Source: Mytilus edulis
Taxonomy: Eukaryota
Direction: 5' to 3'
Assembly: GCF_963676685.1 (NCBI RefSeq)
Contig: NC_092351.1
Span: 39,184,001 to 39,248,000 of the forward strand
Length of the DNA: 64,000 nucleotides
A program made the translations under genes and the position numbers. Below the pieces are notes generated by a model. That model was given only the letters and a program-made list of their open reading frames with translations, was not told the origin of the DNA and did no database searches. Position 1 is the first letter of the stretch. Each line of letters begins with the position of its first letter. Of this stretch, positions 26,401-38,740 are shown one piece after another.

Positions 26401-28983
26401 TATTGAACACTTCCTTTGTATATTGTATATTGTACACTAACTTTGTATATTGTATATTGTACACTACCTTTGTATATTGTACATTACTGTGGATTCATTT
26501 ATTTTCATGGGTATCAATTTTTTGTGGATTGAAGAAAACCTCCATTTTCGAGGATATTTAATTTCGTGGTTTTGCTAATCTCTGCATACGAAACCCTTAG
26601 AAAATTTGTTATTTGTTAAACATATGAATTCGTGGTTCATCTGTATCCACGAAACCCACCAAAATTGGCACCCAACGAAAAATACTGATCCACTGTAACT
26701 TTATATAATGACTTACACTATCATCCCTAACCAGTTTCAGTTTTCTCTGCTGAACTATTTTCTGTATTCTCTTGCTATAGCTTGCATTACCAGCATGATT
26801 AGTACATCTGTTTGTGTTGTCAATTAAACAACAGATCTGGTCATGACCATTACGGCTGTCTTCCTCAGTACTGAAAAAAAAATCATAAAAATAGTGTCAT
26901 CTCTGAAAGATTACCTTACTGTAAACTACAGTTTGAGATAATCTATTGAAAACATTTAATTACTGATGACGAAACAATTTTACATTTAAAAGTATGTTTA
27001 ATACCTTAATACAATTGAAAATTGGATGGGGAATGTGACAAAGAGACAATAACCTAATCAACATGACCAAAGAGCAGAAAACACACAAAGGTCACCAATG
27101 TCTTCAAAACAGCTAGAAAATACTGCACCCAGAAGCAGGTTACAGTTGGCCTCTAAACAACAATTTGCAGTTTGAAATTTCATCTATGAGTGGATGTTTT
27201 AGTGAAAGTGGAAGAGAAATGTATAAATATATTGATGATTAATTTACAGAGTGTCTTTCCTAGGTACTGTGTTTATCTACAAATGTATATGGTACAGGTT
27301 TTTAAGTAAAACCGGTTTATAAGAAGTTCTGTCATCAGGTACATGAGGTATTTTCAAATAAATTGGAATTGAAAAGCAGGTATTGTTTCATTCTTTCAGT
27401 ACTTTTTTCGTCAATGATCATTTATTTTTAACTTAAAAACTACCTCTGCTTAGGTCTATGTAACCATAAATGTGTTTTTCTCCTCCTTTTCTTTCCTTCT
27501 TTTGCTGATCCCTGTAAAATGAATCAAATCTTAGAGAATAATCACATATTAGGTAAAGAATACCACATAAAAGTTAATTTCTTTTCATATAACTTTCTGA
27601 AATATACACTGTAGCCTAAATTGAACAAAAGAATTCCAATATTTAATAAAATAATTGCTTTCGTGCATGTTAAAAATAAAATACTACATTGATGGGATGT
27701 TCACTAAGCTCTTTACTGACCTATATTTGTCATTTTAATATATCATATACTAAGGGACGACAACTTAAGTTCAATGTAGGATAAACAACTTAATTCACAT
27801 ACATGTAGTTTTTTTCACTGAAAATCGATTTTGGATTAACAAAACTTGCAGCCATGTTGACCCCCACCCCCAAACTATTTGATTTAAGTTTTTTATCCTA
27901 CATCGATCTTTTGATGTCATCCCTAAAAACCAAGGGCTTTTTTACAGTCTAATTGTATTGTAACTGTGTAATTTTGAAAAATTCTATATATAGCTAATAG
28001 CTTTTTAAGGAAAAAGAACATTGATTAGCATAGATACATAGGCTAAGGAAAAAGAACATTGATTAGCATAGATACATAGCCTATGTATCTATGCTAATCA
28101 ATGTTCTTTTTCCTTAAAAATGTAGTCTTTACATGCCCCTTGTGGGCCCTTTATTGGTAATAAAATATATCTTCTCTTATCTCTTATATTGTCTTTCTGT
28201 ATTAACATCAAAGTCCTAGGAGGAGTTGAATTCCAACTTAACCAATTAGCTCAATAAAAACTAAATGTGTCACTTTCAAGCCAGGAGCTCAGAGTGTTTT
28301 TTTTTTAATTGTTCGGTGTTATTGACTAAAATAACCCTCTGGGTATGTGTATGTCTGTCTCTTTTAAAGATTTCCTGGTATTACTACATTGCTGTCTGAT
28401 TGGCCTTTGATATGTGTTCATGACATCAAATACATTTTTCTTTCAATATCTATTCTTGATTACAGCATTGTGTAAACTTTTAAATAAGATGTTTATAAAC
28501 ATTGTGACCTTTAGATGTTTATGAACATTGTGACCTTTAGATGTTTATTTACATTGTGACCTTTAGATGTTTATTTACATTGTGACCTTTAGATGTTTAT
28601 AAACATTGTGACCTTTAGATGTTTATTTACATTGTGACCTTTAGATGTTTATTAACATTGTGACCTTTAGATGTTTATTAACATTGTGACCTTTGGTGTT
28701 AATTTCCAGAGTGACCTTTTGATGTTAGGTGTGACAGTGGTTTTTTTTACATTCTCATGCTTTTTATTTGATAGTTGTGTTTTTAGTTATCATACCACAA
28801 GTTTTATTATTATCTTTATAAATTATACTTTACAAGTACCTGACTATTTTCGTCAAACTGGTAATCACCGGTTTTATTATTCATGGAATCTTCTGCAGCT
28901 TTACATAGTGTTGGTAGGGCTGAGTAACTATGTATAGCATTGCTATGGTTACCAGAATACAATGATGAAACTTCAGAACTCAT
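20487..28983 (-). CDS. SAP30: SAP30/SAP30L-family Sin3-HDAC subunit; core exons 26870-26717, 24933-24811, 23378-23280, 20609-20487; predicted upstream coding exons 28983-28840 and 27511-27444 (236 aa total)
   Basis: Core: [38 protein letters not shown]...[24 protein letters not shown] (zinc finger plus NLS), [31 protein letters not shown] and [23 protein letters not shown] (Sin3-binding domain). Confidence in the core is ~0.97. The two upstream exons are supported only by GT-AG sites and matching phases (~0.65). Confidence 0.9.
20887..21625. mobile_element. Long-TIR non-autonomous DNA transposon with TTAA target duplication (Kolobok-like), in the last SAP30 intron
   Basis: TTAA|GGTTTATGTACCCTTCTGTAGCCATTTTTGTACGAA ... 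TTCGTACAAAAATGGCTACAGAAGGGTACATAAACC|TTAA; inverted arms of about 220 bp. Confidence 0.85.
22113..23190. mobile_element. Helentron/HINE-like element with internal duplication
   Basis: Terminal hairpin AGGCTCT-AA-AGAGCCT, a duplicated ~270-bp block, a (GAC)n tract and the end TTTGGGCCAGGTGAGCTAAAA. Inverted relatives at 45510-45880, 51310-52650 and 58525-58880. Confidence 0.75.
24081..24405. mobile_element. MITE with TTAA-like flanks
   Basis: TTAA|GGATGTTTGCT ... AGCGAACTTCC|TTTA imperfect TIR. Confidence 0.55.
25497..26486. repeat. AT-rich minisatellite (20-bp unit TACCTTTGTATATTGTACAC grading into a 27-bp unit)
   Basis: Directly visible periodicity; it accounts for the low-complexity Y/C/I/L ORFs. 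Confidence 0.95.
27754..27923. mobile_element. PIF/Harbinger (Tourist)-like MITE
   Basis: TAA|GGGACGACAAC...TGTAGGATAAA / TTTATCCTACA...GATGTCATCCC|TAA; 3-bp TAA duplication. Confidence 0.7.
28002..28120. repeat. Direct plus inverted repeat (A-A-A' palindrome)
   Basis: TAAGGAAAAAGAACATTGATTAGCATAGATACATAG occurs twice, followed immediately by its reverse complement. Confidence 0.9.
28488..28694. repeat. 26-bp tandem repeat, ~8 copies
   Basis: Unit AGATGTTTATWWACATTGTGACCTTT. Confidence 0.95.
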
Positions 28984-29439
28984 AATTCTACTGGGGATCC
29001 ATTTAAATTCTGAAATAAGCATAAAAAATCTATAATATTATTACTTCAAAAAGAGAGGCAAAATTTATGATATCAAAAGGATATTCAAATTCATAAGTTG
29101 AAAAGCAAATCAAACTGAAAATGGCATGGCAAAAAGCAATAAAAAGCCAACTAACAGTACACAAAATACAACATAGAAAACCAAAGATTGAGCAACATGA
29201 ACCCCATCAAAAACCAAGGTGACCTCAAGAGCTCCAGAATAGTAAGCAGATCCTGCTCCACATGTGAACCCAGTCATGTTGCTAATGTTAGTATAAACTT
29301 GGTGATAGTGTAAGTGTAATTTATATTAGTAAGTAACTTTTTAACTTATGAAATGCATCATGTTAAGAACTATATCCTACATGGTAATATGAAAATAGTC
29401 AATGCCACATTACAATGAGAGTTGTTTAACTATTAACAA

Positions 29440-31320
29440 TCAAGTGATACAATCTTCCACATGTGAGTCTTTTAGGCATTTAAATTGACCCTTCCCTCAC
29501 ATCGACAAATCAAATTGATGTGATCTGCTCAAAAATTTCATCTAGACTATATCTACTATTAAAGATTAAGAAATTTCTAAATCTAGTCTGCAGAAAATTA
29601 TTCTATAATGGTTATATCTTGCCACTAATTGATTATTGTTGTATAGTGTGGAGTAGTTGTAGCAGTGAGGGTTTAAATAGGATATTAAAGTTACAGAAGA
29701 GAGCTGCTAGATTAATACTAGAAACAGACCCTTTCGCTCCTTCTGAGCCCTTATTCAATCACTTAAACTGGATGACAGTTGAACAGAGAATAAAATATCA
29801 CAAGTTTGTGATGACATTTATAAGGGCATTAAAAATGATGCCCCATCATATCTTACTAACATAAACAAGTTTCATAATGTTTCAGACAGAAATCCATACC
29901 CCTTGAGAAATGCTGTTCAAGGAAACCTCATATTTCCTAAACCAAAAAAACAGAATTGTTCAAAAAATCTTTTATGTATTCTAGACAATTTTTGTGGAAT
30001 AATTTGCCAATACCGTTAAGAAATATTAAAAATGTTAATTCTTTCAAATATAAAATAACAGATCATTTATTGAAATCAACCTAGTTGTATAAATAATATT
30101 AATAAACAGCGCCATGAGCGCATGATACGCCCGACGTCTTATGTGGAAGTCTTATGCAATAATCATAAATAGTTTCTGAGAAAGTTTTAAGCAAAAACCA
30201 TATATTGTTTTAGAGACACAGCGGGACATGTAAAACCCCCCACCCTGGTTTTTTTTTACAAAAAACTAAATATTACCAAAATAAAATTTTGAATCAAAAC
30301 CAAAAAGTATACAGATCTTTAGATTAATATAACAAAGAAGTGTGTAAAGTTTTAAGCAATAATCATAAATTATTTTTGAGATACGGCGCGACATGTTAAA
30401 AAACCCTCCCGTTTTACAAAATACTCAATAACAAAATTTTGAATAATCACCAAAAAGTATACAGATCTTTAGATTAATTAAACAAAGAAGTGTGTAAAGT
30501 TTTAAGCAATAATCATAAATCGTTTTTGAGATACGGCACAACATGTTAAAAAAAAACTCCCCCTTTTTTACAAAATACTAATAACTCAAAAAGAAAATTT
30601 TGAATCATCACCAAAAAGTATACAGATCTTTAAATTAATATAACAAGGACATGTGTAAAGTTTAAACAATAATCATAAATAGTTTTTGAGATATGGCACG
30701 ACATGTAAAAAAAAACCTCCCCCTTTTTTACAAAATACTCAATAACTCAAAAATGAAATTTTGAATCATCACCAAAAAGTATACAGATATTGAGATTAAT
30801 ATAACTAAGAAGTGTTTAAAGTTTAAAGTCATAATCAAGAATCATTTTTGAGATACAGTGCGACATGTGAAAAAAACACACCCCTGTTTTAGTTATAAAG
30901 TGCCACAACTCAAAAAGTTTAAATCTTATTTTCACCAAAAAGTATACAGATCATTTGACCATCATAAGAAACAACTATATTAAGTTTCATGAAATTTGGA
31001 TTAGTCATTCTCAAGTTACGGTGCGACATGTTTACGCCGGCCAGACAGACGGACACTGGACATTTGTATACCATAATACGTCCCGTCAAAATTTGGACGG
31101 GCGTATAAAAACTGATTATGTCATCAGGTTTATTTTTTCATCACATTTTATCAAATTGTATTGAACGCTATTATCATACTTGACTTTTTATACTAATGCA
31201 TGCAATGTATATGATTGCATTTTGTTTGATTTTTCATGATGAGGGCCTCAGGGAAGATTAGTTATATAGCTAACTGTGTAACCCTCTTAAAATAAAGTAT
31301 TGTTGTTGTTGTTATTATTG
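29440..31320 (+). mobile_element. 5'-truncated, frameshifted CR1/L2-clade LINE (RT C-terminus plus 3' tail), interrupted by a nested element
   Basis: ORF 29520-29864 contains KLFYNGYILPLIDYCCIVW...LQKRAARLIL...LNWMTVEQRIKYHK, typical of the region after RT. LWNNLP-like remnant near 29995. 3' end AATAAAG followed by (TTG)n/(TTA)n at 31292-31320. Confidence 0.8.
30105..31110. mobile_element. Helentron/HINE-like element with ~150-bp tandem units nested in the LINE
   Basis: TACGCCCG / CGGGCGTA sub-terminal inverted repeats, about 5 units of CACCAAAAAGTATACAGATC, a (CAGA/CGGA)n tract and a terminal hairpin. Confidence 0.75.
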
Positions 31321-31912
31321 ACTGAATTTATTGAAATGAACAAGAAATGTGTTACAATGATGCTTTTTCCTGAATCTATATTCAAACAAATGTACACTGA
31401 TTTGGAAGATTTCCTGCAGTTATGGTATGCATCTGTAAATAAAAAAAGTCGTGCAGCTAGGAGTTATAACAATTCTACAAGGCAACAAGAGGCTGTCACA
31501 ACGACAGCAAACCGGATTTATTAACATTTATTTGTGTCCTTGCAATATCACAAGAACCATAAGTGATGAACAGTGAAATTGAAAATCATCAATATCAAAT
31601 TTGACCTCAATTTTGTCATCAGTATCAACATGTTAAAATTTGAAAAGCTTGGGTTAAATAATTCATGAGTAAATGCAACAGCATGAATGGAAACGCCATT
31701 TTTGCGTGAGTAGATCTAAGGTTATTCGGATTAAACATATTTACACTTTTGGTATTTAGCTGAATCTCTCTGCATGACCTTAGATCTACTCCGAATCACC
31801 TTTTGACGTCAAGCAACAATCACTTTTAAATTGTGACGTCAAATATTTTAAATTATGATGTCAAAGTTTACAGGAACCTGTGTGATTTTACGTAATGGCA
31901 GACAAATTTGCA

Positions 31913-32120
31913 TTTAGTTTCTTGTGTATAATTCAGAGTTTAGTATGACGTCCATTCTCACTGTACTAGTATACATATTTTTAGGGGCCAGCTGAAGGAC
32001 ACCTACGGGTGCGGGAATTCTCGCTACATTGAAGACCCATTGGTGGCCTTCGGCTGTTGTCTGCTTTATGGTCGGGTTGTTGTCGCTTAGACACATTCCC
32101 CATTTCCTTTCTCAATTTTA
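31913..32120. mobile_element. Short dispersed repeat; inverted degenerate copy at ~27010-27160
   Basis: GACACATTCCCCATTTCC...CAATTTTA here versus AAAATTGGATGGGGAATGTGAC at about 27018. Confidence 0.6.
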
Positions 32121-32226
32121 AGTGTAAATACGTCTTTTCCCTTTTGCAAGCCTTCCTGTGTTTCTGAAAAAATTACTACATCATCAGCATACATGTACAT
32201 AAGACAGTCTACTCTACGGTTATTAA

Positions 32227-32373
32227 CAGTGGCGGATCCAGGGGGGGTTCCGGGGTGCGCACCCCCCCTTTATTTTTGCCGATCAATGCATTTGTATCGG
32301 GACATATGTTTTGCACCCCCCCTTTGCCCTGGGTTAGCACCCTCCCTTTCGAAAATTCCTGCATCCGCCCCTG
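32227..32373. mobile_element. GC-rich MITE (CAGTGGCGGAT...ATCCGCCCCTG)
   Basis: Imperfect TIRs CAGTGGCGGATCCAGG / CCTGCATCCGCCCCTG, with ATTAA on both flanks. Confidence 0.75.
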
Positions 32374-32599
32374 ATTAATATTTACTGGAGCGACCCGGAG
32401 TGAAATACTGGTAGAATTCATAAATTATATTGGTAAAATGACCAACTTTCTGTATGTTTGTGAACTGTTACACTAGTCTGTCGAAAAAAATGAATATATA
32501 TTACAAGTTGAATCAAATTTACAGGTCTTTCTGCAATCGCTTTTTGTTTTCCAAAAAAAATACTCTATTTCAATAACCTAGAGATAATAATAATACTCA

Positions 32600-33175
32600 C
32601 AACATCACTTACAAGAAAAAAATGACTGTTTATACAATATTCGCAAATTGGTTTTCTCTACACACTAAAACCTCAATCTGTCAACAAACACACAACCGTG
32701 TTTTAGTTTGAAATGGCGGCTGTTGTGTACATGCATTGCAAGTTCAGAGGTTAACACGCCAAATATGGCAAAAAGACTCCGCCCATATATTTATATTTTG
32801 TTTTTGTGAAATTTTGTTTAGATTTGCCAAAGCATAATTTTTAAAGATCATAAAAAAAATTATTGTTTGTTTCTTGAAAAATTACAATCAGATGCATATC
32901 ATTAAATTCAGTCAAGTGTTGCAGTCACAATGATCTCTATTTGTTTACAACCAATGTGATTTTCAAACGTAAGTCACATGTCAAAATCTCCTTTGACTTA
33001 TCAATTTACATAAACGTCACGCACCTGCTAAATCATTGATTGGTCAATAAATCCATTCAATCGACAAATCATCCAATCAACGTTCACGATTCGCCCCATA
33101 GCTTTGTCTATGTAGCCTGCATACTGTAGCGTGGGTTATCATTGCGGCATTTCCAGCTTGGGTATAGGTAAGTCT
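32600..33175. promoter_or_regulatory. Putative bidirectional SAP30/HMGB promoter with non-coding first exons (SAP30 donor ~32612, minus strand; HMGB exon 1 ending 33167)
   Basis: YY1 motif AAATGGCGGC at 32711, GC box CTCCGCCC at ~32778, CCAAT/ATTGG boxes at ~32951, ~33040 and ~33072, consensus donor AG|GTAAGT at 33167/33168, minus-strand donor (CACTTAC) at 32606-32612, and local CpG enrichment. Confidence 0.65.
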
Positions 33176-36100
33176 GATCAATTTTAAATTATTTCAAATG
33201 TGAAAAAAATATTTTAATAATTATTATGCAAAAGTAAAAGGATTTATCTTTCATTTTCATTAATTTGGTATAACTTGCGTTATCGGTGGAGGATGCATTT
33301 TGCCTCTGAAAAGTGTTGATTTTGCAGGATTAACACTGTAAGCAACCGCCATTACTTTATGCTTGTGGATGCCATTGCTGTAGTATTTGGATTACTCGCC
33401 CTGATATTTTTTTTCTGGTAAGGTAACATGTCAAAATAAGTAAAGACGTTTTATAATATTGGCATTTGCTACATTTCTGTAAAATTTGAACAACCAGCGT
33501 TACTGAAAAGTTGTCGAAATCGACGATTCATTTTGTCGTTCCTTTGTGAAGAAAGCCGTACACAGCCATCAACGATAAACCAAGGCATTTGCATTGTACA
33601 TAGAGTTACTATATAACCATAGGATTCTATGGGCAATGAAAACGGAAACCTTAAACTTTCTTGGAAACGATTGTAATTGATATTTAGCGAAATAACATCG
33701 AAGAAGGGTTAAATTTAACTGGACTTTCATTCATAGTATTGGAATTTGACTTTGAGAAGGTGCTTTTTGAGGTCGTAGTTTGTCGGCGGCAGAAATATGC
33801 GCCATGTCTGATTTTTACATTGAACAACATAGGGAAAATATCTTGCATAGGATAGCATGGGGAAAAATTTATAATGTTTAAAAAAAAATATTTACTAAAT
33901 TAATATTAACAGTGAAAGTTTAAAATCAATCTTTGTTTGTATTTCAATCTTTTCTTTGTTCCAAAACAGATGGAAACAGGTTTAAAAACATAAATTATGA
34001 ATTTTGAAATATTTTCATAGAGAATGCATAGGAACATCTGTGGGTGATTTTTTATTCCATATTCAAGCAGATTATATGCTTTAGTGGCAAAAATGGAATT
34101 TGATACTAATAATTCTCCCCTGATATTATTTCTTTTTATTGATTTTAAAATCAGACTTGTTGTTAGTGTGAATTTTTATGAAAAGGACAACAACAGCTGA
34201 AGTTTCAATGCAAAAATACTGACTAAATTGTGATGTATTTTTTAAAAATTCATTCAATGTTTTAAATTGCATGATCCTTCAACGTAATAACTTAAGTTCC
34301 AAACAAGAAGTGCGGTTTGTAAATCATCTTGAGATATATAATTCCACTGACTTTCATCATTGAACAGGGTATATTTTTCTCGAAAACTTTTTATGATTGA
34401 AATGTAGCATATTCATTTTCCTTAAGATAAATAGTATTCTAATTCACTGAGATGTTACTTTTATTCCACAAAGTTTTGCCCTTTTAATCTCAACAATATT
34501 CAGCTAAAAAAATCATTTGGACATTTGAATGAATCATTTATGGCAGAGTGTTTCTACTGTAGATCCTGCCATTTTTCAATGAAAGACATCCAATTTTTTA
34601 CTCCCTGATTAGTCCTGCCTAGAAATTCCTTTTTTAGGTTGACTAAATGTATGATATAATACAAAAGACTTGAAAAGGCACTCTTTATTAATAAAAATGA
34701 ACACGGTTACCTTGGACATTTCTACATGAACAGCGCATGGATTTGAAGTTGATGATCATGTATGACGTTCCATCAAAACTCGTCTATCATTCGGTATTTC
34801 GAGAAAAATGATCGTGAATTTCGAAAAAAATAAGTAACTGTGACCAAGTATTGTGATATGAATGTGAAGGAAATCTTATCAAGGAGACACATGCAAGGTC
34901 AGTATTTAATCTAATTTTATTGAATTTTATTTTTAAGGATAAAAATCGGTAAAAAATAAAAATCTGAAAACTGATTATTTCATGAGAAAAAATCCAGTTT
35001 TATAAAGCTCACTGTTAAACCATATTGCTCATCAATTTCGATATAAAAAAAATGGCAAATATTTTCTTCATTATATGAATATTACTGTTTTAAATGGCTC
35101 ATAAAATTATTTTGTAGTATTTTAATCAAAAATTTTGCCACAATTGGCATATTTAATAACATGAAATTGATATTAGATTGTGAAAAATCAAGTATTGCTT
35201 TTGATTATTTCCAAAGATCACAGACAATTATTGTTGATAAAATTCATTAAAGCTCTGAAATGATCTGTAATAAATTGAATAAAGAAAGGTTGAATTCTTT
35301 GTAGAAAAAAAAGGGGGAGGTGTTGTAGATATTATGGTTTTACTCTTGCAAATATTAAGAATTGTTTTATTACAGATTTTAGATGTTTTCACAGAATAAG
35401 TTACCAGATCTTTCACATTCAATTGCAATACTTGAGCACCCATTATTTCATGATCATTTTTCTCGACATACCGAATGAAGGCAGTGAAACGGACATGTTT
35501 TAATAAACTATTGAACATAACTTTTGTTTTTCACTTTGCCACTGGCTGTCAATTTGAGTCACGGGCAATCCATATAATGTTATTAAGACTGTAATAAATT
35601 AGTGATTATCCAGTACTCATTGAGATTAATTCTGACATTCTTGGGATTTCAATTGTCAAGTGACATGGACTGGCCAAATAATATAGAAAAATTAGCAAAA
35701 ATTGATAGTGGAAATATTAACCAAAATATTTTTAGGGGGTCTTGAAATTTTTACCTATTGTTTTTCCGTGAAGAACCAAATATTTGGAAATCTGCTGCAT
35801 TTTTCATGTATTGATACCAATTCCAGATTTTGCCTTTGATGTGAAATTAGTTTTTTTATCAACATGAAATGAAATCTATAATATAAGATGCTGTATGTTG
35901 CTAGCTTTATTAAATATGGGATAAAATATTTAAGTAATGCTAAACTTTTAACCAGCTGTTTACTTGAGCTTAAAAATAACTTTCTTTATAAAGCAGTATC
36001 ATATTCGAGTAGGAATTATCTCCCCTTCACCATGCAATTATACTATGCTTTGTTCGTATGGTATGGAATGAATTAATGTACTGCTCTAATCAGGGCAACA

Positions 36101-36739
36101 GCATAGAACTGATAAAATGTGTTTGTGCAATTTAAAGTATGAATCATTCAAAAATTACTTGATAAATATTCTCCATTTGATGGGTCGTGCCCAACTGGTT
36201 TTATTTTCACTGAGCAGTCACAGCTTTTATAAGATATGGTGCATATTAAATTCAACAATGTCTTGCACAAATGAATTAAACAACCAGGACAGTTACCTGA
36301 CTTTATATTCAAGGTTTCCAAAAGCAATATATTAACTGAATGGTGCACCATATAAACTTTTGTTTACTTTTTGATGCAAATAATAGATTTTTTTTGTTTA
36401 GCCCATTAGTTTTTTTCTTAAAAGGGAGACAGATGTACATTAAAACATCTACAGCATCTATGATTCATTCATTTTGATCATAAAAACTTCTTTAACATTA
36501 GAAAATAATAACTTTTCATTCAGTGTCTGATAATGATCTTGCAGTTATGGCTAACAAATTTGCTCCTTTTTCAAACAAAATGTCCAGTAGAAACTGAAAC
36601 TCAATGGTTAAGACCAGTACCAGCTAAAGTCTTGAGTGCTAAGTAATAGCCTACAATGTTTATATTCAAATGGTTTTTTTTCTTGTAAAGAGTTTAATCA
36701 TTTTATTTCAGAAATATTTCAATTTAATATTCAATCAAG

Positions 36740-38740
36740 ATGGGGAAAAAAGATGGAAAGCCACGTGGACGTATGTCATCATATGCCTTCTTTGTGCAGA
36801 CTTGTAGAGAGGAACACAAGAAAAAGCACCCAACAGAAAAGGTGGTGTTTGCTGAATTCACCAAAAAGTGTGCAGAAAAATGGAAGGTAAAGCACTATTT
36901 AATTAACTTGGAAAAGTGAAATACTTGAAACATTTTGACAACAATTATGTAATCTTGTTCAATTTATAATATGTGACCTTTCTTTCTTTCTTTTCATTTT
37001 ATAAAATGAATCTCCTTTTTTTTCTGTATATAAATAATTTCTCTATTGTAATTTTTTTATGCAAGATTATTTAATTCTGGTGTTTTTTTTATCTTAGGAA
37101 ATGAGTGGCAAGGAAAAGAAAAGATTTGAAGATATGGCAGAGAAAGACAAATCTAGATATGAGGCAGAAATGAAGAATTATGTACCAGGACCAGGGGAGA
37201 AGGTCGGAAGAAAGAAGAGAGAAAAAGATCCTAATGCACCAAAGAGATCACTGTAAGTCTTATATCTGTAATATTTATTATATCCCCACCCAGGAGTAGG
37301 GGTTTCATTGTAATCATATCCGTTGGTACACAATAACTATTTTTGGCCATCCTTTTCACAGAGATGACATGTGCTGTTTGTCGATACTTGAAATTTTTAA
37401 TGTTGAATGAACTTAATATTTCATCTTGCTTTTCTATGATCCTTGCTATTTTAACTGCTTATTTATTCAGTTGTTGAACAGTGAAAAAAAATCTTGTATT
37501 TGGGTACTTTACTCATCTGTTCTACTTTAATTTCAGTTTTCTGATCCTTTGAATTATTCTATAGTTGCTTTATGATTTATCTAGTTATGAAATGGGGAGG
37601 TTTATAAATTGTTAGGAAAAAGTTGTTTTTAATCAAAATCAGGAGTTCAATAGATCATTACTAGTATTTGATGTATAATTACATTTCATTGCAACAAAAA
37701 TACTTACAATGACTTCTAATTTTCTTGCAGTTCTGCATTCTTTTTCTTCTGCAACGAAGAAAGACCAAGTGTAAGGAAAGATCATGGTGATTGGTCGGTA
37801 GCACAGGTTGCCAAGGAGATGGGAAAACGATGGGAGAAAGTAACAGATAGATCAAAATATGAAAAACAGGCAGCTGCAGATAAAATCAGATATGAGCAGG
37901 TAGGTTATAAACCATATAGCTTTTTTACTGGCTTGTTTGTCTTTACAATCAAATTAAGTGGCCAGAGGACCTAAACTGATTTTTTGGGGAAATTTTATAT
38001 AGATTCTACTGGCCTGTTCTTATACGGCCCATGGTAATTGTACAAGTGTAAATTCTTCTGTTAATGAAATTTTCCATCTGTCCCATGAAATTTCAGTAGC
38101 ATTTTTCTATTGATCTACAAATTAAAGCTTACTGAAATTTGTAATCTGCCTACATATTGGCATATCATAATCACTACTTATCAACCCATTTACCAAATAC
38201 TTGTATAATTTTAGATATAATGAGCATGTATGAAATTTTTGTCAAGTTCATATCTGGAGGTTTAAATTGAATATTTTGAAATTTCATGTGAGCATGATAT
38301 CGCGAGGGGCATTTTCGCAGCCAAGCTCATTAGTTTCCTGTTTACCTGGTACAAATCAGAGCTTCTTAAAAAAAAAAACCAGGGTTATGGTGGATAGCCT
38401 GACTGTAATGGGTTCCACTTCTTATTGTACACTTTTACATTTTTAACTTCATGACAATGAATACATATTTTCTTCACATTTCTTTATATCTAGTGATGCA
38501 TATTTACATCCTTTACTTTAGAATTACCTGTTTGCCAAATACTTGAAGAAGGGGATCATTATTACTTATATTAACCAATTCTTCTCTCCACAGGCAATGA
38601 TAATATACAGAGGAGGTGGTGCATCTCCAGCAAAGAAACCAGCAGGACCCCCAGCAAAGAAAGCCAAGCCAGAAAGTGAAGAGGAGGAAGATGACGATGA
38701 TGAAGAAGAGGAGGAGGAGGATGAAGACGATGATGAATAA
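36740..38740 (+). CDS. HMGB: HMGB copy 1 (HMGB1/2-like, two HMG boxes plus acidic tail, 205 aa); exons 36740-36886, 37098-37252, 37731-37899, 38594-38740
   Basis: [31 protein letters not shown]...[30 protein letters not shown]...[17 protein letters not shown]...[20 protein letters not shown]. 618 nt in frame; acceptor at 36711; AATAAA at 39153. Confidence 0.97.

Noticed and set aside
25497-26561. Long Y/C/I/L-rich ORFs (up to 161 aa) in several frames
   Set aside because: They are translations of a minisatellite that happens to lack stop codons; all frames are open.
28488-28694. Regular short repeats resembling a CRISPR array (also 1897-2006 and 9682-9783)
   Set aside because: The units are head-to-tail with no unique spacers, there are no cas genes, and the context is a eukaryotic intron.
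31320-31435. Possible extra SAP30 5'UTR exon (minus-strand acceptor near 31433)
   Set aside because: No convincing donor site was found and the segment is flanked by repeats.
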